This document shows, one piece after another, positions 25,865 to 36,100 of a stretch of DNA of 64,000 nucleotides; within the stretch, counting starts at the first letter, position 1; every line of letters begins with the position of its first letter. Source of the stretch: Nitrospiraceae bacterium. GTDB lineage: Bacteria; Nitrospirota; Thermodesulfovibrionia; UBA6902. The position numbers were made by a program, and so were the translations under genes. The notes beneath the pieces were generated by a model that worked only from the letters and a program-made list of their open reading frames with translations, was not told the origin of the DNA and searched no databases. Where the stretch lies: the NCBI GenBank assembly GCA_003599025.1, contig QZIL01000083.1, forward strand, positions 338-64,337, given 5' to 3'.

Positions 25865-27013
25865 ATGAACAAACTTTTAGTAATGTGTATGGTTGTGTCT
25901 TGTCTTCTGGCGGGAAGCGGATTTGCGGTTGATTACTACGTAGCCAATCAGGGTAATGACAACAATGACGGGATCTCTTACAGTACCGCATGGCGGACCA
26001 TAGATAAAATCAATATTTCATCTTTCCAGCCCGGCGACTCAATTCAATTCAGATGTGGAGACGAATGGCGTGAACAATTAAATGTCTCAAACTCCGGTGT
26101 AAGCGGAAGTCCGATAACGTTTACCAGCTTCGGGACAGATTGCAATCTTGCTAACAGACCTGTTCTCAGTGCTTATGAGGTGATTACCGGCTGGAGCCAG
26201 TATTCCCAGAACATATATATGGCAAGCGTTACCTCTGATGTAAAGCAATTATTCATAAACGGCCTGTATGTTAAGTTGGCTCAGCATCCGGATTATCAGC
26301 ATCCTCATGACAGTAGATTCAGAATTGTAGGTCCCGATCCTGCGGACCCGCAGGGAAAGGTCAACTATCAGTCAGCAGCATATATTTTTAACACCGGTCT
26401 TGCCGGCTCACTTGCATCGATGTGTCAGAATAATTTCAGCAGTGCTGGTATCCATATAAAGACACAGAACTATCTGATTGAGGGCAGAGAGGTCAGCGGT
26501 TTTAATCCCATCAGCGGTCGACTGTCATTGTCAATCCCAACTCTCAATACACCGAAGCAGAATTTCGGTTATTACCTGGACAACAAACTATGTCTGCTCG
26601 ACAGCGCAGGTGAGTGGTATTATAATCCGGCCGAGCAAAAGCTATATTTATGGCTGCCCGACAATGGAGACCCGAACGCGCTTGATGAGTATAATGAGCC
26701 TGTTTATCGGATTGAAGCATCCATACGTGATTATGGGGTCAGGACGGTCCCAAAAAGCTATATCAGGATCGCAGGCACATCGCAATACTTCGTGAGCTTG
26801 CAGGAGGCATATGACAGTGCCCTGCACCTTGACAGCATACGGAGCCAGTCAGAAGTACTTGCAGGCAACATCATCTTTGACCGTCCTGTTTCGGTAACTC
26901 GGAAAGGGGGATATGACTGCGGGTATACAGGAAAGATTGGGGATATGGTACTGCAGGGCAACATAGCAGTCAATGATGGAACGGTGACTATTGGCGGCTT
27001 TGTATTGCAGTAG
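25865..27013 (+). CDS. Secreted right-handed beta-helix-like protein with a shared C-terminal GGYDC module
   Basis: It has a signal peptide (MNKLLVMCMVVSCLLAGSGFA). YYVANQGNDNNDGISYSTAWRTIDKI is typical of pectate-lyase-fold/DUF1565 N-termini. The C-terminal 80 aa align with the C-terminus of the next gene. Confidence 0.6.
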   Translation: MNKLLVMCMVVSCLLAGSGFAVDYYVANQGNDNNDGISYSTAWRTIDKINISSFQPGDSIQFRCGDEWREQLNVSNSGVSGSPITFTSFGTDCNLANRPVLSAYEVITGWSQYSQNIYMASVTSDVKQLFINGLYVKLAQHPDYQHPHDSRFRIVGPDPADPQGKVNYQSAAYIFNTGLAGSLASMCQNNFSSAGIHIKTQNYLIEGREVSGFNPISGRLSLSIPTLNTPKQNFGYYLDNKLCLLDSAGEWYYNPAEQKLYLWLPDNGDPNALDEYNEPVYRIEASIRDYGVRTVPKSYIRIAGTSQYFVSLQEAYDSALHLDSIRSQSEVLAGNIIFDRPVSVTRKGGYDCGYTGKIGDMVLQGNIAVNDGTVTIGGFVLQ

Positions 27014-27185
27014 CATTTACGTCAGCCTAAACATGCAGTCTCTTGACATGTGGGGGAAATATGTTAAACGGTTGTGGCACGGGCTGCTCAGCATGAGTAT
27101 TGGTGAATAAAGAGAGTTTTGAATCAAATATAACATCAATAAAGAATAATCGAGTGTACTGTTATTGATATTCTAAAGGAGGATT

Positions 27186-30100
27186 ATGATGTACAGGATC
27201 AATCGATCCGGATTATTGTCGCTGTTTTTTTATATGCTTTTATCCATAACAGCAGCCACAAATGCACAAACCCAGACAGCGAGCATAACCGTCAACGCAG
27301 GTACCAGTCTGGGTCAAGTTAATACTGCTCTTTTATCGTCTGCCATGGCCCGATCTTCAAACATAGAAGGGGTATGGGATTTAAATGAAAATCGGCCTTT
27401 CCCGGAGATGGTGGCATATGCCAGGGGAATGGGAATGAAGTATTTGCGTTATCAGATACTGGAAAACATCGACTGGAAAACAGCAGTCGGTCTCTCCAGG
27501 ACAGCAGAGTTCGGCCTTCCCGAATATCTGCAGTTCTGTGAAGCCGCTGGAGCGATTCCAATCATAGTTGTATCAGAAAAAAATGGTACTGCCGAAGACG
27601 CGGCCGATCTTGTGGAATATCTGAATGCACCTGATGACGGCTCCAATCCTAACGGCGGAACTGACTGGGCACAGGTCCGCGCAGGCGATGGCCGTCCCGA
27701 ACCCTGGAATGTAGTATGGTTTGAGTATGGCAATGAGTCATGGGCGCATATGCCGGCGAATATCTACGTAATAAATTACATCGATTATCAGAATGCAATG
27801 AAACAGGTCAGTCCCGACATAAAGCTTGGAGCAGTGCTGGGAAACTATTTCTGGGATAATCCCCGCGGTGAATGGAATGCAGAGATAATCCCGGGAACCG
27901 GGTCTGTTGCTGATTTTTATATTATTCATACTTATATTCCCAATTATCATGAAGATTGCTGCAATGCGGAGGATAGCGCCTGTATTAATTCAAGCTTCTG
28001 GTCGATCTATAAGGGGATATCCAATAGTAGTCAGGTGCCGATATGCGGATACAGCGCTCACGATGTATTCACATCAGGCCTTTCAGGAGTAAACGATCAA
28101 TTTGAACATTTCCTGAATCAGTTGAACAATTTTATTTATGAACTGACCGGACATGCTGTAGGCATTGCCGTCACGGAATTTAACGGGCATTTTGTCCAGC
28201 ACTGGTACTTTCCAGCCCCATACAGACATTCACTGGGTGATGCGCTTATCAATGCAGAGTTCATACGGCAATTCATGCATGCAGATAATATTATCATGTC
28301 AAACTTCTGGCAGTTTTCCAATGACTACTGGGGTATGGTTGTCGGCCCCAATTCATTTCAAAATGAACAATATAAGGCATTTGGGATGCGCCCCAACTAT
28401 TATCCCTTTTATTTTTATCACAACTATTTCGGGGATATCCTGATTGAAGTTGATGGAGTGCTCCCGTCCTATTATGAGTATGGGTTGTTTAAGAATGGAA
28501 ACTTAGACCTGGGATTTGGTGTCCAGCCGGCAAATGCTGATCAATTATATATTGAGGAGGTTGCCACGGTAAATCAATTAAACGGGCAATGGAATAACTA
28601 TCCTGTTACTGGGGTGTCAGCAAGTGTAGACAATAACGTTTTAACGGTCCAATTCAATGGAACAGACAATGTTGACTATATTGATTCGCAAAAATCTGTG
28701 CATCTGGAAAGTAACACAGCATACAGACTGTCAGGATTGATAAAAACGAGCAATCTAGGCGATGGAGAGGGGGCCTATCTGGCAGTTCAGGAAGCGCATG
28801 CAATAAATCTGGTTACGAACAGTGGTTTTGAAGATGATCTGTCCGGATGGATCCTGCATGACAATTCTGACTGGACGTTTGATGTCAGTAATCCGGTACT
28901 GGATACGGAGGCTTATTCAGGAAGTCAATCGGCAAAAATAAATTTTTACGGGACCTCTGATGTTAATTTTTACCATATTGTTCACGAAACTATAGATGTT
29001 CAACCCGGGACAACATATACCCTTGAAGGATATATTAAAACAGTTGATATTGAATATGACATTGCGCCGGCCCCTGCAGCCCCTACGGAATGGTACGGGA
29101 TTATGCTCTCCGTAGCTGATGCAAATGGCTGTGAATACGGATCGTTATACACCTGCTGGTCTTTGCTGCGGGGTCTGAAAGGAACTCATGCCTGGACTCG
29201 TGTTAGCAAGACATTTACAACCGCATCATATACGAACCAGTTGAAGGTGCTCCTTCGGAGAATGAGCGGAGGAGGTGCAATCAGCGGCGAAGCATGGTGG
29301 GATGACATCAGGCTATCTCAAAAGATTGTAACTGACAGCCTGCGTGGAACGAGTGACTGGAGATACGTGTATGTTGATTTTGACACCGGTCAGCTGGGTA
29401 ATCCTTCGGAGCTGGCGGTCATCGCAGGCGGAAATGCACGGAGTGACGGCATCGAAAATAAATCTGCAATGTTTAAGGATATTTCATTGCGGAAGATAAC
29501 ACAAAAAGCGCGTAACGGCATTGTGCCGTATCTCTCCGTCAACGCTAGCAAGAGTGCAGACGGTAAGAAAGTATACATGATAGTCGTAAATAAGCACATG
29601 ACTGAATCCATTTCATCAGTGATAACGTTAAATGACTTTACTCCGCATAACGCACGAGCCTGGGTGCTCAATGACTGGAGTGCGGACAGTAAAGTCTATG
29701 CTCACAACGAATCCTCCAATGATGTGTACGCAAAGATGGAAGATCTTGGTGCAGTATCAAATATAGTAAATTATTCGTTCCCTGCCCACTCATTGACGGC
29801 CCTCGTCATTTATACTGACAGTGACGGAGATGGATATTCATCTGAGACTGACTGTAATGACGATGATGTCTCAGTTAATCCCGGAACATCAGAAAGCTGT
29901 GACGGAGTGGACAATGACTGCAACGGAGATGTAGATGACATACCGTACTTTATCGATACAGATGGAGATGGTTATGGAAATCCCGCAGGCGGCATAATCG
30001 CCTGTAATGCTCCTGAAGGTTATGTTTCTGACAATTCCGATTGTGATGACAGCAATGCCTTTGTTAGTCCCGTTGCTGAAGAAATCTGCGATGACGGTCT

Positions 30101-33100
30101 TGACAATGACTGCGACGGAACGGCGGCCCTGTGCAGTCCTGCAAACTGGTATGACGGTGGAGATGGAAGCATTTGGGGTTTCAGGTTGCCGGTATCAATA
30201 CAGGCTGGTATGACTGTAGCTGATCTGGACAATTTCCCTTTGCTGTTAAAAATAGACGATCCTGAACATCCGGTTTTCACTCAGGCTCGGGCGGATGGAG
30301 ATGATATTGTTTTTATCGATTCCCAGGGAGTAAAGCTGGACCATGAACTTGAAAAGTTTGCCTCCGCATCAGGAGAACTGGTCGCGTGGGTAAGAGTACC
30401 TGTTTTAACTGCGTCAGGCGATACCATCTATATGTACTATGGTAATGATAATGCCATGAACCAGCAGAATACCCAGAGCGTATGGGACGGTAATTACATA
30501 ATGATACAGCACCTTAGTGAAACATCCGGACGGCATTATGATTCAACTGCCAATGGTAATAATTCAAGCCTGACTGTCCCTGTCAATGTGATGACCCAGG
30601 GGGGGACAGCGACAGCGAAGACAGGCGGAGCAGATGAATTCGATGGAATAGATGACAGCATAACAGTTACCGATGCAGACAGTCTGGATAATATTATTGA
30701 TCCTGTCAATAAAATTGCAGGACCAATAACCATAGGAGCATGGATAAAACCGGAAGGCAACCTTGCTGCATACTGGCAAAAAGGCATCATGAGTAAAAAA
30801 GGAGGAGGAGGGAAGGGATACAGGATAGTGTTTGATCATAACAGCAATTGCTACAGCAATTCAATTGAGGTTACGTACGGAAATGGAAGCTTATGTTCAG
30901 CTGCGGATTCAATTGTGCTGAATCAGTGGCAGCACATTGCCTATGTCTACGACTCAGCAAACCATTTCCTGTACATCAATGGAGAGCCCAGTCTGCCTGC
31001 AGCATCATATATTCCGACTTCCAATGAAAATGTCACAAATGATTTGCTCATAGGCAAATGGGGGAATTCATTCGAGGGTTTTATCGATGAAGTCCGCATT
31101 TCCAATATTGCCCGTTCAGCAGAATGGATACAGGCAGAATACAAAAACCAGAACAGTCCTGAGAATTATGTCCAATTTGCAGCACAGGAAATCTTCTGTA
31201 CTGACATTGACGGTGACGGATATGCCCCTGATGGGGGATTGTGTGGAGTGATGGACTGTAACGACAGTGATGTAACCATAAATCCGGCCACCGTCTGGTA
31301 TAAGGACACTGACGATGACGGATATTCTGATGGAACTGCACAGGTTCAATGTTTAAGACCTTTTGGTTATAAACTTTCGACAGAACTTACAGCCGTATCG
31401 GGCGACCTTAATGATAACAGTCCGGACAGTTATCCGGGGGCAGTTGAGATATGCGATGGTCTGGACAATAACTATGACGGACAGATAGACGAGGGCTTTG
31501 ATACAGACGGTGATGGTTATACGACATGCGGTGGGGATTGCGATGACAATAATGCGGCAATAAATCCTGGAACGACAGAAGTGCCCTATAATGATATTGA
31601 TGACGACTGTGGTCCAGCGACAACGGACGACCCCGTTGCGAATATAGCCGTCAATGTCAATCAGGGGCCGGACGGGAAACTTTCGCCGATACCGGTCAAC
31701 AGGGGGGTATTTGGCGCAGTTACGGTCGGTTACTATAGAGAAGGTACGCGTTTAGGTACCTATCATATAGACGGAGCAGGTGTATGGGATACGTTAACGA
31801 ATAAATCCGATGATCAGATGGTTGAGTTTGCAAAAGATACCGGCATCAGTTTTTCCAGGTTCCCGGGCGGAGGAGTCCACGAATATGACTGGAGAAGGGC
31901 GATAGGGCCTCAGAGTTCAAGACTCGTAATCAATGGAGGACGTATAAACTTTGGAATATCTGAATTCCTTCAAAACTGTAATGATATCGGCTCAACACCG
32001 GTAATCGTTGTTTCCGATTTTTTAGGAAATGCTGCGGATGCGGCAAACCTGGTCAAATATCTTAATTCTCCCTGTGATACTACGACGAACTGCACAGCAG
32101 CCGTACCTGAGGACAGTGTTTGCGCTTTCCAGTCGGAAAGACTCAATGCTTATATCAGTAACCCGAGTGTTATTCAGGCCCCGAGTTGGCCACAACTGAG
32201 GGTATGTGATAAGTATGCTCTCGGAAGAACAGACCTTGATCAGCCGTGGGATGTCATATGGTTTGAATACGGCAATGAAACAAATTCGGACTGGTCGCCG
32301 GAGACATATATAACCAACTACCTTGTCTATCGGGAGGCAATGCAGAATGTGGACAATCGAATAAAACTCGGGGTTGTAAACACGACCCTGCATTCTGATT
32401 ACGAACCCGATATTGACTGGTTTTATAAAGTAGTGCTGGGCACGGGACACGTTGCTGATTTTTTCATTCGTCACAATTATGCGCTGAAAGTTCTTTATTG
32501 TCCGACCGCTGATGCTAACTGTCCGCTGGGTCAGGATGTTATAGAGGCGGAAGATCTTTTCAAAATCGCTCTGGCTTCGACGGATTATCAAATGAAGGAT
32601 GATTACAAGATGTTAAATGACGTTATCCGTGATCTCACCGGGAGGTCGGATATACCTATACCTATTGCGGTTACAGAATTCAATGGTGGTTTCGCTCAGA
32701 ATTATCCTGTGCCGTATCGGCATACGCTCGGGACCGCGCTTGTAAATGCCGACCATATCAGGCAGATGATGCATGCGGATAATATCGCCATGGCAAATTA
32801 TCATCATTTTGCAAATGAAACCTGGGGGATGGTCACGGGGCCCGATTATAATGATCCATCCAGATCATATAGCAGATACCCCAATTATTACTTATTCCAG
32901 TTGTACAAGAAGTTCTTTGGAGATATTCTTGTAAATGCTGATGTTGACAGTGCTGCATATGAACAATTTGAAAATAGATATACAGACCGGTCCTCAGGTG
33001 TTCAGCGGGACGATGAACTCGGCCCTGACTTGTTAAGCGGACAATTATGGGCGATAGGGCAGCCATGTGATCCCCAAGAGCCAGGTATTTATCCGGCATG

Positions 33101-36100
33101 CGAAGAGCAGAACTCCGCCGTTCTGACTGTGAAATTTAATGGTTCGCAGGACGTTGATTATTCACATTCTGTAAAAACGGCAGCTCTGGAACCGGGTTCC
33201 TGGTATCGCTTGTCCGGGTTTGTGAATACTACGACAGGGCTGACCTCCAGCGAAGGCATATACCTTGCAGTGCAAAGCGGCAACAATCTGGTAATTAACG
33301 GCGGATTTGAAAATGATTTTACGAATTGGTATGAAGCTGCAGCCGGACAGCCGTCAGGGGCATCCAGAAGAATAGATCACGAAGAAGACCATTCAGGCAA
33401 TAAGTCGACCAGGATAGATTTTGACGGCTCTCAGGATGTTAATTATTGGGAGACCTACCAGAAACAGGCAGTTGATCCCGCAACAACCTACATGATAGAG
33501 GGGTATGTGAAAACAGACGGTATCGCTTATTCAAGCCCTTCTTCATATTATGGAATGGGGATATTAGCGTGGGCAGAGGGCGGTACCGCTGATGACGTGT
33601 GGTACTCCACTCCTTTTAAGCAGGCTGATAACTGGACTTATATCAGCAAGCAATTTATTACTCCTCCCGATACCTTTCAGGTCGGGGTCGAATTAAGAAG
33701 ATTCAGCGGCGGCGGCTATATCAGCGGTACAGCATGGTATGACGATATAAAGCTGACGAACAAGGCTTCAACTTGGAGGGTCACGGACACGCACGGGGAA
33801 TGGAGCAAATTCACTGTTGATTTCAAAAACGGCAGTACAACTGATGGCAAAGTATTTGTTGGCCGGAATACGGACGGTTTGCCCATAGCCGGCATTGTGA
33901 ATATCGAGGACGTAAAATTGCAGAAATTGACTCCTAAAAATTACGGCTCCGTGAAATACCTTTCCGTCAATGCCAGCAAGAGCGCAGACGGCAAGACTGT
34001 CTATCTAATGGTAGTAAATAAGAACATCACGAGTGATATTGCTTCCACAATCAATATTGATAATTTCACTCCTTCAACTGCCCAGGCATGGGTCCTGAAC
34101 GGACCATCGATAGATTCCACCAATAAGGTCAGTGAAAATGTAGGTGTAACATATGACGGCATAGGGCCGGTATCAAATGGTTTCAGTTATATCTTCCCGG
34201 CCCATTCGCTGACGGCCATCAAGATCATGGACACCGCCTGCACCGATAATGACGGGGATGAATATTATCAGGAAGGGATTTGCGGGGTCGTCGACTGCGA
34301 CGATAATAATCCAGGTCTGACGGTTTATAATTATTACCTCGATTCAGACGGAGACGGATACGGCGTGTCCGGTCAGAGTATCCAATCGTGTGTCACGATA
34401 CCGCCGTCAGGTTATGCAGCAGAAGGCAGTGACTGTAATGATGGCGATCCATTAATTAATCCGGGCTTAACCGAAACGCCGTACAACGGTAAAGACGACG
34501 ACTGCAGTTCCGACACCAGGGACGACGATTTAGACCGTGACGGTTATGCGATTGCGGATGACTGCAATGACAACAAAGGTCTGGAGCATCAGGGACAAAC
34601 ATGGTACAGGGACACGGATGACGATGATTATTCTGACGGTACGACCATTGTATCCTGCGCGCGGCCTGCAGGTTATAAGACAGCGTTTGAACTGATAAAG
34701 AACTATGGTGATTGTAACGACGGCAATGCTGACATCCACGAAGGAGTTAACGATGCAGTTTGTGACGGAATAGACGATAACTGTGATGGAACGCCTGATG
34801 ATGGCTATGAGCCGACGCCTGCTATCTGTGGTACCGGTGCATGCGCAGCATCGGGACAAATAGCCTGTCAGGGCGGACAGCTTATTGATACTTGTACCCC
34901 CGGACAACCGTCCACCGAGATCTGCGATGCCGTTGACAACGATTGTGATGGACAATTGGACGAGGATTTCCCGTGGTTTCAGTGTATCGGTCAATACAGA
35001 CGAACTATAACCATAAAGAAAGAGATGCTCGGTACAGAACCTGGCAAGTCCCTGGATTCTTTCCCTGTTCTGCTAAAAATAGCGGACCAAAATGACCCTG
35101 TGTTCCAGAACGCTCAGACAGATGGGGATGATATTTTATTTACCCTGTCTGACGGATATACTAAGCTCGCACATGAGATCGAGAAATTCGATCCTTTAAC
35201 AGGAGAGCTTATTGCCTGGGTCAGATTGCCGGTCTTGTCATCTGATGCTGATACGGACATCTACATGTTTTACGGCAACAGCAGTGCACCCGAACAGCAG
35301 AGTAAGGAACGGGTTTGGGGCAACAACTATGTGCTGGTACAGCATCTGGGTGAGATGTCCGGACATCATTTTGATTCGACAGTATATGGCAATGATTCGA
35401 ATGCGGAGAATGTCGAAGCTCAGGGGACAAACGGGAAAATAGGAGATGCCGATGAATTTGGCACGGACAGTTATATAACGCTACCTGATAAGGGAAACTA
35501 TACTCCACTGGATCTTGCCGGTAATTCATCGGTAGCGTATTCAGCTTGGGTATACGCAAGAAGTCCTGGCGAGAATAATTCAGGAGGGATATTATCCAAA
35601 AGTCCTAATGGTACAGGGTCAGGATACCGATTTGGCCTGGATGCGTCTAATTGCGGTGGGTTGGTAATTACCCGCTCCGGTAATTGGGGAGGCTTCTGCG
35701 ACATTACAAGTGTAACCATGAATGATTGGGACTATGTGGTATATGTATATGATTCAGCCACTGGGAACCACTATTTATACATTGATGGAGTATTGAAGGA
35801 CTTCAAAGAGAACTCGCCTCAAAGCAGTATAGAAAATTCAGGTGATTTCAAGATTGGAGTATGGGCTGGCTCATCCTTCGACGGTTTTATCGATGAAGTC
35901 CGCATTTCCAATATTGTCCGTTCAGATGATTGGATAGCTGCTGAATACAACAACCAGAACAGTCCTGAGAATTATATCCAATTTGCAGCACAGGAAATCT
36001 TCTGTACTGACATTGACGGTGACGGCTATGCAGTTGAGGGTGGAGTATGCGGAGTAATGGACTGCAATGATAGTGATGACGGTATTTATCCGGGCGGGCC

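Noticed and set aside
27075-27090. Sigma-54 promoter candidates, looked for because an NtrC-type activator is present. They are TGGCACGGGCTGCTCA (27075), GGCATCAGGATGCA (58533-58547) and TTGGCACTCAACTGCC (about 45793).
   Set aside because: The GG-to-GC spacing is wrong by 1-2 nt in each case, whereas the consensus TGGCAC-N5-TTGC is strict. The third candidate has no downstream gene in the right orientation.
27319-35719. Many 60-190 aa minus-strand or alternative-frame ORFs inside the giant gene (for example 32022..32591, 34530..34994, 35221..35559).
   Set aside because: They lie entirely within a 9.2 kb ORF that has clear domain content. They are typical shadow ORFs of a long gene with biased codon usage.
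31071-36078. A diversity-generating retroelement (template/variable repeat) as an explanation for the near-identical repeats in the LamG-containing giant gene.
   Set aside because: The mismatches between the copies are not adenine-specific. No reverse transcriptase or accessory gene lies nearby. Both copies are in-frame parts of the same duplicated protein.
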